Shown piece by piece: positions 27,267 through 37,084 of a stretch of DNA of 64,000 bases. The stretch's first letter is position 1; each line of letters begins with the position of its first letter. The stretch is taken from positions 320,001 through 384,000 of the forward strand of contig CBDBCF010000002.1 in the NCBI GenBank assembly GCA_965202985.1, read 5' to 3'. The notes beneath the pieces were generated by a model, which saw only the letters and a program-made list of their open reading frames with translations, made no database searches and was not told the origin of the DNA. Source of the stretch: Longimicrobiales bacterium (GTDB taxonomy: Bacteria; Gemmatimonadota; Gemmatimonadetes; Longimicrobiales; Gaopeijiaceae). A program made the position numbers and the translations under genes.

Positions 27267-29567
27267 CTAAGATCGCCCCGGGTGCTGCTCCTTCAGCAGC
27301 GCCGTCGCCAGTCGACTGGCCCTGCGGGGGTCCGCTTTGCCCTGCGTGCGCTTCATGACTTCGCCGACGAAGAAGCCCAGGAGGCCCGAACGGCCGTTGC
27401 GGTAGGCCGCGGCCTTGTCCGGGTACTCTTGGACGATCTCGGCCAGGAGCCCGCCGATCACGTCGTCGTCGGCGATCTCCGTCAGGTCCAAGCCGGCCTG
27501 GGCTTCCAGGAAAGAACCACCTCGGGCGACCAAGACCGACAACACGGTCCTCCCTTGTCGGCGCGACAGCTCCCCACGATCCACGGCCCGGACCAGGTCG
27601 GCCAGCGCCGGCGCGGCCAGCCGGACGGCTCCGTCCTCGGTTCCCCCGGCCAGCGCAGCCACCTCGTTCGCGATCCACGACGCCAGAGAGGCGGCGCCCT
27701 GCGAGTAGTGCGTCAGCGCGTCGCGAAAGAGGCGCAAGAGCTGGGGGGACCGGCACAGGGAGGCCGCCGTCGCATCGGCAACGCCGAGGGACCGCAGCTC
27801 GTCGAACGCGGCCTGCCGCTCCGGCGCCAACGGCGCGCGCTCTTCTGCGGGGCGGGCGCGGTCTCCCGAGGAGGCGGTCCGCCGAACACGGGCCTGCGCT
27901 TCCGACCCGGACTTGGCCAGGGCGGGCGCGCCTTGCGCCTTCCATCCGTCGCGCAGCGCCATCGTCCGGTTGAAGACGGGACGGCCGGGACGCGAGTCCG
28001 TCGGATCGGCGAAGAAGTAGCCGAGTCGCTCGAACTGGTAGCGGGTGCCCGCTGCCGCCTCCGCCAAGTCGGGTTCCAGCAGCGCGTCGGCCACGATCCG
28101 CTCCGAGTCCGGGTTCAGCGCGGCCGTGAAGTCGTCCTGGCCGGCCAAGGGGTCTGGCACGCGAAACAGCCTGTCGTACAGCCGGACCTCCGCCCGCACC
28201 GCATGGCGCTCCGACAGCCAGTGGACGGCGCCCTTGGGGCGAGGGCCGGACTCGGGCTCGAAGGTGCAGCGAAGCTCCACGGGCCGACCGGTCTCCGGGT
28301 CCTTCTCCACCGAGTCGCATCGGATCGCGCCGGCGTACTTGAGGCGCACCGCGCCGCCCGGCGACAATCTGCGAAAGCCCGGCGGAGGGTCCTCCTGAAA
28401 GTCGTCCCGGTCGATCCGGAGCACGCGCCCGAACGGAAGCTTCCGCGTCCCCGGCTTGCCCACGTCCGGCGGGAAGCAGGGCGCCGATATCCACTCTTCT
28501 CGGTCGGCGGGGTAGTTGGTCAGCACCACCTTCAGGGGCCGCAAGACGCAGAAGGCCCGAGGCGCGCGCCGGTTGAGGTCGTTCCGCACGGCGAACTCCA
28601 GCTTGCCCAGGTCGACCCGGGAATTGGCCTTGGACACGCCCACCATCTCGCACAGCGTCCGGATTGCCGCCGCGGTGACGCCCCGCCGCCTGAGCCCCGC
28701 CAGCGTGGGCATCCGAGGATCGTCCCAGCCGCGCACGAGTCCCTGGTCCACCAAGGCGGCCAGCTTGCGCTTGCTGGTCACCACGTAGTCCAGCGCGAGC
28801 CGCGCGAACTCGGTCTGCTCGGGTCGGGGCCGGGGCGCGTCCACGTGTTCCAGCAGCCAGTCGTAGATCTCGCGGTTGTTGTCGAACTCCAGCGTGCACA
28901 GCGAATGGGTGACGCCCTCCAGCGAGTCCGACAGGCAGTGGGCGAAGTCGTACAGTGGGTAGATCGGCCACGCGTCGCCCTGGCGGTAGTGGACCGCGTG
29001 GCGGATGCGATAGAGCACCGGATCGCGCATGACCATGTTGGCGTGGGCCATGTCGATCTTGGCCCGAAGCACGTGGCTCCCGTCGGGGAACTCGCCGGCC
29101 CGCATGCGACGGAACAGGTCGCGGTTCTCGTCCACCGTCCGCTCTCGGAAGGGGCTGTTCGTGCCCGGCTGGGTCACGGAGCCCCGTCGTTCCCGGATCT
29201 CCGCCTCGGAAGACGAGTCCACGTACGCCAGCCCCTTGTCCACCAAGACCATGGCGAAGCGGTACAGCTCCTCGAAGTAGTCGGAGGCGTGGTACAGGTG
29301 CTCGCCCCAGTCGAAGCCCAGCCAGCGGATGTCCCGCTTCATCGCCTCGACGTACTCCGCCTTCTCCGTGTCCGGGTTGGTGTCGTCCAGGCGCAGGTGG
29401 CAACGTCCGCCGGGGTGCTCGGACGCAATGCCGAAGTTCAGGCAGATCGCCTTGGCGTGGCCGATGTGCAGGAAGCCGTTCGGCTCCGGAGGGAAGCGGG
29501 TGGCCACGCGCCCCCCGTACTTGCCGGTCTCCAAGTCCCGTGCCACCATGCTGCGGATAAAGTCCAT
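27267..29567 (-). CDS. glnS: Glutamine--tRNA ligase with C-terminal YqeY/GatB-like domain
   Basis: TRFPPEPNGFLHIGHAK, THSLCTLEF, VTSKRKL, GWDDPRMPT, QFERLGYF; C-terminal YRNG..GLLGFFVGEVMKRTQGKADP. Start 29567 or 29573. Confidence 0.96.
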   Translation of the reverse strand: MDFIRSMVARDLETGKYGGRVATRFPPEPNGFLHIGHAKAICLNFGIASEHPGGRCHLRLDDTNPDTEKAEYVEAMKRDIRWLGFDWGEHLYHASDYFEELYRFAMVLVDKGLAYVDSSSEAEIRERRGSVTQPGTNSPFRERTVDENRDLFRRMRAGEFPDGSHVLRAKIDMAHANMVMRDPVLYRIRHAVHYRQGDAWPIYPLYDFAHCLSDSLEGVTHSLCTLEFDNNREIYDWLLEHVDAPRPRPEQTEFARLALDYVVTSKRKLAALVDQGLVRGWDDPRMPTLAGLRRRGVTAAAIRTLCEMVGVSKANSRVDLGKLEFAVRNDLNRRAPRAFCVLRPLKVVLTNYPADREEWISAPCFPPDVGKPGTRKLPFGRVLRIDRDDFQEDPPPGFRRLSPGGAVRLKYAGAIRCDSVEKDPETGRPVELRCTFEPESGPRPKGAVHWLSERHAVRAEVRLYDRLFRVPDPLAGQDDFTAALNPDSERIVADALLEPDLAEAAAGTRYQFERLGYFFADPTDSRPGRPVFNRTMALRDGWKAQGAPALAKSGSEAQARVRRTASSGDRARPAEERAPLAPERQAAFDELRSLGVADATAASLCRSPQLLRLFRDALTHYSQGAASLASWIANEVAALAGGTEDGAVRLAAPALADLVRAVDRGELSRRQGRTVLSVLVARGGSFLEAQAGLDLTEIADDDVIGGLLAEIVQEYPDKAAAYRNGRSGLLGFFVGEVMKRTQGKADPRRASRLATALLKEQHPGRS

Positions 29568-29631
29568 TTGCATAAGTTTAGCCCAGCCGACGAGCAGTTC
29601 CTACCACCCCCGCGACTCCCGGGAGACGCGC

Positions 29632-31506
29632 ATGACCTTCGGATCGAACCCCCGCCGCGCCGCGCTTCCCGCGGCCGTCGCCGCCCTTCTCGCGCTTGCC
29701 TTTTCCGCTTCGCCCGGCGGCGCCCAGCGAACCCAGAAGCCGGTGCTCCACGGCAAGGACTGGATCGCGATCACCGGGAAGCCGCTGGGGGCCACCGCCG
29801 GCGCCATGATGTTCCTCAAGGGCGGGAACGCCGTGGACGCCGCCGCGGCGATGCTGGGCGCGACCGCCACGATGTGGGATGTGCTGGGCTGGGGCGGCGA
29901 GACGCAGGCGCTCGTCTTCAACCCCGAGACGGGCCGGGTCGTGGGCGTGAACGCGCTGGGGGTCGCGCCGACCGGCGCCACGCCCGAGTTCTTCGCGGAG
30001 CAGGGGATGACCGTGCCGCCGGCTCACGGTCCGCTGGCGGCCGTCACGCCCGGCACTCCCGGCGGACTGATGGTGATGCTGGCCGAGTTCGGACGCCTGA
30101 GCCTGGCCGACGTGCTCGCCCCCTCGATCGACATGGCACGGGGCTACCCCATCGAGGCCCAGGCCGCCGACGCCATCGAGCGCGAGAAGGAGCGGCTCGC
30201 GGAGTGGCCCTACTCCAAGGCCGTCTTCCTGCCCCGCTTCGGAGAGGAGCGGGCCGCGCCCAGCGCCGGCGAGCTCTTCGTCCAGGAGGACCTGGCCCGC
30301 ACTCTGGAGGCGCTCGTCGAGGCGGAGGCGAAGGCCCTGGCCGAAGGCGCCTCGCGACGGGACGCGATCATGGCCGCCTACGACCGGTTCTACCAAGGCG
30401 ACATCGCCCAAGAGTTCGTGCGGGGGTCTCAAGAGCAGGGCGGCCTTCACACCCTGGACGACCTGTCCAACTGGCAGGTGCACCTGGAAGAGCCCGTGAG
30501 CGCGTCGTACAAGGGCATCGACGTCTACAAGCTCACCACGTGGGTCCAAGGACCCGTGCTTCTCCAAGCCCTCAACATCCTGGAGGACCTGGATGTGGGG
30601 GCGATGGGCTACAACTCCGCGCGCTACATCCACGCCCTCTACCAAGCCATGAACCTGGCCTTCGCCGACCGCGACTTCTACTACGGCGATCCCTACTTCC
30701 CGCCCGAGGAACCCGTTCAAGGCCTGCTGTCCAAGGAGTACGCCCGCTCCCGCGCCGCCCAGATCGACTGGGAGCGGAACGACCCGGACGCCCGGCCCGG
30801 CGACCCGTACCCCTTCCAGGGCGGCTCGAACCCCTTCCTCCACCTGATCGAGAGCTGGAACGCGCCCGACCCCGCGGTCTCCCCCCAAGCACCCGACGAG
30901 CCCGCCTACGAAGACGCGTTCTATGCCGGGACCACCTCGATCCAGGCCGCCGACGCCGAAGGCTGGGTCGTGTCGGTCACGCCCTCGGGCGCGTGGATCC
31001 CCGCGGTCGTGGCCGGCAATACCGGCATCGGCATGAGCCAGCGCATGCAAAGCTTCGTGCTGGACGAGCGGGCGGGCCCCTACAACGTGCTGGAGCCGGG
31101 CAAGCGTCCTCGGGCCACGCTGACGCCGTCGTTGGCGCTGAAGGACGGACGGCCCTTCCTGTCCTTCGCGGTGCAGGGCGGGGACGGACAGGACCAGAAC
31201 CTGCTCCAGTTCTTCTTGAACGTGGTGGAGTTCGGCATGAACGTTCAGGAAGCGGCGGAGGCCGCCAACTTCAACAGCTACCAGATGCGGAGCTCCTTCG
31301 GCGAGCACGAGTCCCGCCCCGGGCGCCTCCTCTTGAACGACCGAGTGCCTCCGTGGGTTCGAGCCCAGCTTCGGGAGATGGGCTATGACCTGACGTTCGG
31401 GTCGCGCACGTCGGGACCGATCAACGCCGTCTACTTCGACGCGGCCGCGGGCACCATGTGGGGCGGCTCCAGCAACCACGGAGAAGACTACGGGATTGCA
31501 TGGTAG
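29632..31506 (+). CDS. Gamma-glutamyltransferase family protein (second paralog)
   Basis: Signal peptide, GGNAVDAA, LAFADRD, GTTSIQ nucleophile, PGKRPRATLTP, VQGGDGQ. Confidence 0.9.
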   Translation: MTFGSNPRRAALPAAVAALLALAFSASPGGAQRTQKPVLHGKDWIAITGKPLGATAGAMMFLKGGNAVDAAAAMLGATATMWDVLGWGGETQALVFNPETGRVVGVNALGVAPTGATPEFFAEQGMTVPPAHGPLAAVTPGTPGGLMVMLAEFGRLSLADVLAPSIDMARGYPIEAQAADAIEREKERLAEWPYSKAVFLPRFGEERAAPSAGELFVQEDLARTLEALVEAEAKALAEGASRRDAIMAAYDRFYQGDIAQEFVRGSQEQGGLHTLDDLSNWQVHLEEPVSASYKGIDVYKLTTWVQGPVLLQALNILEDLDVGAMGYNSARYIHALYQAMNLAFADRDFYYGDPYFPPEEPVQGLLSKEYARSRAAQIDWERNDPDARPGDPYPFQGGSNPFLHLIESWNAPDPAVSPQAPDEPAYEDAFYAGTTSIQAADAEGWVVSVTPSGAWIPAVVAGNTGIGMSQRMQSFVLDERAGPYNVLEPGKRPRATLTPSLALKDGRPFLSFAVQGGDGQDQNLLQFFLNVVEFGMNVQEAAEAANFNSYQMRSSFGEHESRPGRLLLNDRVPPWVRAQLREMGYDLTFGSRTSGPINAVYFDAAAGTMWGGSSNHGEDYGIAW

Positions 31507-31584
31507 CGCCGCGACCAAGGGGCGGACGCGCATGACTGCTCCTGGACTGCGCGGGCGTGGGTTGCGCTCCGACGGGCCTCGGCG

Positions 31585-33648
31585 ATGACCGGTCGCCCCA
31601 ATCCGCTGCTGGACCGCAGCCTGCCGATTCCGTTCGACAGGATCGAGCCGGCGCACGTGGGTCCGGCCGTCGAGGAGACGCTGGCGTGGGCGCGGCGGCG
31701 GATCGACGAAGTGGCCCAGGGCGCTTCGGCGGACGGCGCCGACGTGCTGGCGCAGCTGGACGCCGTGGGCGACGAGGTGGCGCGCACGTGGGCGCCGGTC
31801 TCTCACCTGGCCAACGTGGACGCCACCCCCGAACTGCGGGAGGCCCACGCCGCGGCGCTGCCCGAGATCGTGCGCTTCGGCAGTCGCTTCTTCCAGCACG
31901 AAGGCGTCTTCGCTCGGCTGCGGGCACTGGAAGGCTCGCCGGAGCGGGCGCGCATGTCGCCGCTGGAGCGACGCCACCTGGACAAGACGCTCCGCGATTT
32001 TCGGCGCGCCGGGGCGGAGCTGTCCGCCGCCGACAAGGAGCGTCTCGAGAAGGTTCGGGTGGAGCTGTCGGAGCTGGGTCGGGAGTTCGACGAGAACCTG
32101 CTGGAAGAGACCGCCGACTTCGCGAAGGTGGTCGAGGACCCGCGCGCCCTGGCCGGCCTTCCGCCGTTGGCCATGGAGCGGGCGGCGCACTTGGCTCGCG
32201 AGAAGGGAAGGGAAGGCTGGCTCCTGGCCTTGGACACGCCCAGCGTCGACGCCGTGTTGAAGCACGCCGAGGACCGCAGCCTGCGTCGGGAGATCCACGC
32301 CGCCTACTTGGACCGCTGCGCCGCCGGCGAGCGCGACAACAGGCCGATCGTCTCCCGAATGCTGGAGCTCCGGCGCGAGCTGGCGGCGCTGCTGGGCTAC
32401 GACGGCTTCCCCGGCTACCGGCTGGAAACGGCGATGGCCCGCTCGGACGCCAGCGTGCGCGCCTTCCTGGACGAGCTGACGGACGCGACCCGGCCCTTCT
32501 ACGAGCGCGACGCCGGCGAGCTCGAGGCCCAAGCCCAGCGGTTCGGACTGGGGCGGCTCGAGCCCTGGGACGTGTCGTTCCTCGTGGAGAAGCTGCGGAA
32601 GGAGCGCTTCGACGTGGACGACGAGACGCTCCGCCCTTGGTTTCCCTTGGAAGAGGTGCAGGCCGGCCTCTTCGAGATCGCCCGACGGCTCTTCGGCCTG
32701 ACGGTGGAGCAAGCGGACGACGCCGGCGCGTGGCACCCCGACGTGACCTGCTTCCACGTCCGCGACGAGACCGGCCTCCGCCTGGGCTCGTTCTACGCCG
32801 ACTGGTTCCCCCGCGAGACCAAGCGCCAGGGCGCGTGGATGGACGTGCTCGTCTCGGGCGGCCCCCGAGACGGCGGCTTCGACCCCCACGTGGCGTTCAT
32901 CGGCGGCAACTTCAACCCGCCCACCGCCAAGTCGCCCGCCCTCCTGTCCCACCGCGAGGTCCAGACGCTCTTCCACGAGTTCGGCCACCTGCTCCACCAA
33001 GTGGCGTCGCGAGTCGAGATCTCCGGCAGGGGCGGCGTGAACGTGGCCTGGGACTGGGTGGAGGTCCCGTCCCAGATCATGGAGAACTGGACATGGCGCC
33101 GCGAGGCGCTGGACCTCTTCGCCCGCCACCACGAGACCGGCGAGGCCCTGCCCGCCGAAACCCTCGAACGCCTGTTGGCGGCCCGGCGGTTCATGGGCGG
33201 CTGGAACCAGATGCGCCAGTTGTCCCTGGCCAACCTGGACCTGCAACTTCATTCCAGCTACGACGGAGACGAGCCCGTCATGGAGTTCGCGGCTCGAGCC
33301 CTGCGTCCCTTCGTTCCCGCCGACCGGTTCGTGAAGCGCCATTTGCTCCCGTCGTTCGCCCACCTCTTCGGCGGCGGCTACGCCTCGGCCTACTACTCGT
33401 ACCTGTGGTCCGAGAGCTTGGAGGCCGACGCCTTCTCGCGCTTCGAGGACGAGGGCGTTCTGAGCCCCGAGACGGGGAGGGCGTTCCTGCGCGAGGTCCT
33501 TTCGCAGGGCGACCGACACGACCCGGAAGCCCTCTTCAAGAAGTTCGTCGGACGCGATCCGAGTCCGGCGGCATTGCTTCGACGCAACTTGGGCCGTACC
33601 TTGGCCGAGTACAGTTCCCCGGTATCCACAGAACGAGACGGGCAATGA
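31585..33648 (+). CDS. prlC: M3 family metallopeptidase (oligopeptidase A)
   Basis: NPLL N-terminus, KRQGAWM, FHEFGHLLH, VEVPSQIMENW, GGYASAYYSYLW. Confidence 0.9.
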   Translation: MTGRPNPLLDRSLPIPFDRIEPAHVGPAVEETLAWARRRIDEVAQGASADGADVLAQLDAVGDEVARTWAPVSHLANVDATPELREAHAAALPEIVRFGSRFFQHEGVFARLRALEGSPERARMSPLERRHLDKTLRDFRRAGAELSAADKERLEKVRVELSELGREFDENLLEETADFAKVVEDPRALAGLPPLAMERAAHLAREKGREGWLLALDTPSVDAVLKHAEDRSLRREIHAAYLDRCAAGERDNRPIVSRMLELRRELAALLGYDGFPGYRLETAMARSDASVRAFLDELTDATRPFYERDAGELEAQAQRFGLGRLEPWDVSFLVEKLRKERFDVDDETLRPWFPLEEVQAGLFEIARRLFGLTVEQADDAGAWHPDVTCFHVRDETGLRLGSFYADWFPRETKRQGAWMDVLVSGGPRDGGFDPHVAFIGGNFNPPTAKSPALLSHREVQTLFHEFGHLLHQVASRVEISGRGGVNVAWDWVEVPSQIMENWTWRREALDLFARHHETGEALPAETLERLLAARRFMGGWNQMRQLSLANLDLQLHSSYDGDEPVMEFAARALRPFVPADRFVKRHLLPSFAHLFGGGYASAYYSYLWSESLEADAFSRFEDEGVLSPETGRAFLREVLSQGDRHDPEALFKKFVGRDPSPAALLRRNLGRTLAEYSSPVSTERDGQ

Positions 33649-34988
33649 ACCACCGAATCGGGCGCTCCCCCGACTCGACGGACGCCACGCCGGACATGAC
33701 CCGCCGGTCGTGGTTGCGCAACAGCCTCGGAGGACTGGCCGCCATGCCCTGGATGGCGGACGCGGCCAGGCTCCTTCCCTTCGGCCTCGCCGCCGGCCGG
33801 CCGGGACGCGGCGCTCCCCAGGACGAGATCGTGCTGGGCATGTCGGCCGCCTTCTCGGGCCCGTCGATGGGGCTGGGGATAGAGCTCTACCGAGGCGCCA
33901 GCGCCTACTTCGAGCACGTGAACCAGCAGGGCGGGATAGGCGGCCGTCGGATCGTGCTCCGCATCTACGACGACGGCTACCAACCCGACCCGTCCGTCAA
34001 CAACACGGTGACCCTGGTCCAGCAGGACCGCGTGTTCCTCCTGTTCGGGTACGTGGGGACGCCCACGGTCACGCGCGTGCTCCCGGTCCTGAAGAAGTTC
34101 CAGGACCAGAAGGTCTACCTGTTCTTCCCGTTCACCGGCGCCCAGCCCCAGCGCGAGCCTCCGTACGGCGAGTTCGCCTTCAACCTGCGCGCCTCGTACC
34201 GCCAGGAGACCGCCGGACTGGTGGACAACCTGGTCGCGGTCGGCAAGCGGCGGATCGGCGTCTTCTACCAAGCGGACGCCTACGGCCGCAGCGGCTGGTC
34301 CGGCGTCAAGGCGGCGCTGGAGCAGTACGGCGCCCAGATCGCAGGCGAGGCCACGTATCGGCGTGGGGAGAAGTTCACGGGCAGCATGCGGCGCCAAGTC
34401 GAGATCCTTCAGAACGCCACGGGCGGGGCGCCCGAGGCGGTCATCTGCGTCGGGTCCTACGCCGCGTGCGCCGCCTTCGCCCGCGACGCCGTGGACCTGG
34501 GCCTGGAGGTCCCGATCGCCAACCTCTCGTTCGTGGGAAGCGAGAACCTGCTCCAGCTTCTCATGGACAGCCAGGACGACAGCCGACGCTACACCCGGCA
34601 CTTGGTCAATTCGCAGGTCGTGCCCAGCTACGAGGACATGTCGGTCCCCGCGGTCCGCGAGTATCGGGACTTCATGGAGCGCTACAACCCGGCGGTGCCG
34701 GAGGAGCTGGTTCACGAGCCCTACACCCCGTTCCCCCACAGCTTCGTGAGTCTGGAGGGCTTCCTGGACGCCAAGCTCATGGTCGAGATCCTGCGGCGCC
34801 TGGGAGAGCACCCTTCGCGCGAAGGGTTGGAGCAGGCGGTGTTCTCGGTGCGCGAGTTCGACCTGGGGATCGACGAGCGCGTGTCGTTCGGGCCCGATCG
34901 GCGCCAGGGGCTCCAGCAGGTCTACTACACGGTGGCCGAGGAAGGCCGCTTCGTCACCCTGGAGGACTGGAACGCATGGCTCGCCTGA
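33645..34988 (+). CDS. Tat-exported LivJ/LivK-like (type I PBP) substrate-binding protein
   Basis: TRRSWL Tat motif, LGMSAAFSGP, VNQQGGIGGRRI, DDGYQP, GYVGTPT, FNLRASYRQE. Confidence 0.88.
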   Translation: MNHRIGRSPDSTDATPDMTRRSWLRNSLGGLAAMPWMADAARLLPFGLAAGRPGRGAPQDEIVLGMSAAFSGPSMGLGIELYRGASAYFEHVNQQGGIGGRRIVLRIYDDGYQPDPSVNNTVTLVQQDRVFLLFGYVGTPTVTRVLPVLKKFQDQKVYLFFPFTGAQPQREPPYGEFAFNLRASYRQETAGLVDNLVAVGKRRIGVFYQADAYGRSGWSGVKAALEQYGAQIAGEATYRRGEKFTGSMRRQVEILQNATGGAPEAVICVGSYAACAAFARDAVDLGLEVPIANLSFVGSENLLQLLMDSQDDSRRYTRHLVNSQVVPSYEDMSVPAVREYRDFMERYNPAVPEELVHEPYTPFPHSFVSLEGFLDAKLMVEILRRLGEHPSREGLEQAVFSVREFDLGIDERVSFGPDRRQGLQQVYYTVAEEGRFVTLEDWNAWLA

Positions 34989-35731
34989 CCTTCAAGGTCC
35001 AGAAGCTCTTCCAGAAGACGTTGTTCGGCGTCTTCTCCCTCTTCGGCCTGATCGTGCTCTCCACGTCGATGCTGTGCATCTACACGGTGGACACGCACCT
35101 GTCCTCGGAGTACGAGAACAACAGCCGAAACATCGCCCAGACGATCGCCGACTCCAGCGTGGACATCCTGCTGAACCGGGGCCTGTCGTCGCTTCAGTCG
35201 CTGATCGACCAGTTCGTGGAGCTTCAGGGCATCCGCTACATCTACATCACCAGCGAGGACGGCGAGTTCCTGGCCCACACCTTCGTCCCCGGCATCCCGG
35301 ACGAGATACTGGCGAGCGACCCCTCCAGCACGGAGACGGTGGAGCGCAGCCTGCCCGGAATGGGCGACTTCGTCGAGGTGGGGAGCCCGATCCTGGCGGG
35401 CGAAGCCGGCCACGTGCACGTGGGCATGGACACGGACTTGGTGGCGTTGAAGATCCAGCGGGCGATCGGCCAGCAGGTCTGGCTGATCTCGATCATCCTG
35501 GTGGTGGGCGTCCTGTCGGCGATTTGGTTCGTCAACTTGGCCGCCCGGCCGCTGGGCGACCTGTTGGGGTACGCCGTTCACCTGGCCCGCCACGGCCGGC
35601 CCGACGCGAACTCGCCCGGCGAAGAGATCCTGGAGCGCGACGACGAGGTGGGGCAGCTGGCCCGCCTCTTCCTCCACTTTGCCGGCGGACCGGAGGGGGG
35701 GAGAAGCTCCGCGTCCGGCGGCGCGGGCTAG
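34976..35731 (+). CDS. Two-TM membrane protein with periplasmic sensor domain and HAMP-like tail, no output domain
   Basis: Two hydrophobic segments flanking a ~130-aa domain; ARPLGDL...RDDEVGQLARLF HAMP signature, then stop. Confidence 0.8.
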   Translation: MARLTFKVQKLFQKTLFGVFSLFGLIVLSTSMLCIYTVDTHLSSEYENNSRNIAQTIADSSVDILLNRGLSSLQSLIDQFVELQGIRYIYITSEDGEFLAHTFVPGIPDEILASDPSSTETVERSLPGMGDFVEVGSPILAGEAGHVHVGMDTDLVALKIQRAIGQQVWLISIILVVGVLSAIWFVNLAARPLGDLLGYAVHLARHGRPDANSPGEEILERDDEVGQLARLFLHFAGGPEGGRSSASGGAG

Positions 35732-35738
35732 GTTCGTC

Positions 35739-37064
35739 GTGGCAGCGCCCAGCACTCGCGTAGCGCCTCGGTTTCTCGTTGCCGTCTTCTGCACGCTGTT
35801 GCAGTTGTGCTTCGGGACCGTGTACGCCTGGAGCTACTTCGGCACCATCCTTGTTCGCGAATTCGGCTGGACCCACACGCAGACGTCGTGGGCGTTCGGG
35901 ATCGCGATCTTCTCTCTGGGGATCTCGGCGGCGTGGGCCGGCTCCGTCCTGCCGCGCCTGGGGCCGCGAAAGCTGGCGGTAGCGGGCAGCATCCTCTTTT
36001 CCGGGGGGTACTTGATCGCGGGCTTGGCCCTGCACTTGGGCGCGATCCCGTTGTTCTATCTGGGGTACGGCGTTCTCGGCGGCGCCGGAATCGGACTGGG
36101 CTACGTGACGCCCGTGGCCACCGCGGCCAAGTGGTTCCCCGAGAAGAAGGGCATGGTGACGGGGATCGTGGTCATGGGGTTCGGCGTTGGCGCGTTCCTC
36201 CTCAGCAAGGGACTGGCCCCGGTTCTCTTGGGGTACACGGCGGGCGACCTGCCGATGGTCTTCATGTGGCTCGGAATCGTGTTCGCGTGCCTCTTGCTGC
36301 CCTCCAGTCTCGTGCTGAGCGACCCCCCCGGCACGCCGGCGTACCGGCCCAGCGCCGAGGCCGCAAAGAGCCGGATCGCCCGCGAGCCGGACGCGATGCG
36401 CCGCTACCTGCGGTCCACCGAGTTCATCATCATGTGGACGGTGTTCTTCTTCAACATCGCGGCCGGCATCTCGGTGATCAGCTTCCAGTCGGAGCTCCTG
36501 CAAGAGGTCTGGGGGTTCGCCGACCCGTCGGTGGAGCCGGCGACGCTGGCCGAGTACGGGGCCACGCTGATCGCCGTCAGCTCGCTCTGCAACGGCGTGG
36601 GGCGGCTCTTCTGGGGCCTGCTGTCCGACCGGATCGGGCGCGTGCAGGTCTTCCGCATCCTGCTTGCCAGCCAGCTGGTCGTCTTCGGCATGTTGATGAC
36701 CGAGACCAATCCTTGGGTGTTCTCGGCCCTGGTGTGCTACGTCCTCCTGTGCTTCGGCGGGGGCTTCGCCACGATGCCGCCGTTCATCCTGGACGTCTTC
36801 GGCTCCCGGAAGATGTCGGCCGTCTACGGCGCCATCCTCACCGCGTGGTCCGCCGCCGGCATCTTCGGCCCTCTCTACGTGGGCTACCTCAAGGACGCCT
36901 ACCCGGACCGCGCCGTCATGTACTGCTTCCTGGTCGGCATCCTCATGCTGGGCGGCGGCTACGTCTTCGCGTGCCTCCTCAACAACGACCGCATCCGCTT
37001 CGAGAAGCCCACCGTGGAAAACACCCTGCGCCGATTCGGGATCGCTCCGGCACGCCGAGCCTGA
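35739..37064 (+). CDS. OFA (oxalate/formate antiporter) family MFS transporter
   Basis: QLCFGTVYAWS, GLGYVTPVATAAKWFPEKKGMVTG, NGVGRLFWGLLSDRIGR, FGGGF, YGAILTAWS. Start uncertain. Confidence 0.9.
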   Translation: MAAPSTRVAPRFLVAVFCTLLQLCFGTVYAWSYFGTILVREFGWTHTQTSWAFGIAIFSLGISAAWAGSVLPRLGPRKLAVAGSILFSGGYLIAGLALHLGAIPLFYLGYGVLGGAGIGLGYVTPVATAAKWFPEKKGMVTGIVVMGFGVGAFLLSKGLAPVLLGYTAGDLPMVFMWLGIVFACLLLPSSLVLSDPPGTPAYRPSAEAAKSRIAREPDAMRRYLRSTEFIIMWTVFFFNIAAGISVISFQSELLQEVWGFADPSVEPATLAEYGATLIAVSSLCNGVGRLFWGLLSDRIGRVQVFRILLASQLVVFGMLMTETNPWVFSALVCYVLLCFGGGFATMPPFILDVFGSRKMSAVYGAILTAWSAAGIFGPLYVGYLKDAYPDRAVMYCFLVGILMLGGGYVFACLLNNDRIRFEKPTVENTLRRFGIAPARRA

Positions 37065-37084
37065 AGGGTTCCGAGGAGGACCGA

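Noticed and set aside
27282..34988. Very long alternative-frame ORFs (1368 and 1355 aa, and the N-terminal part of the 1143-aa ORF)
   Set aside because: They overlap well-supported glnS, ggt and M3 genes and show no motifs.
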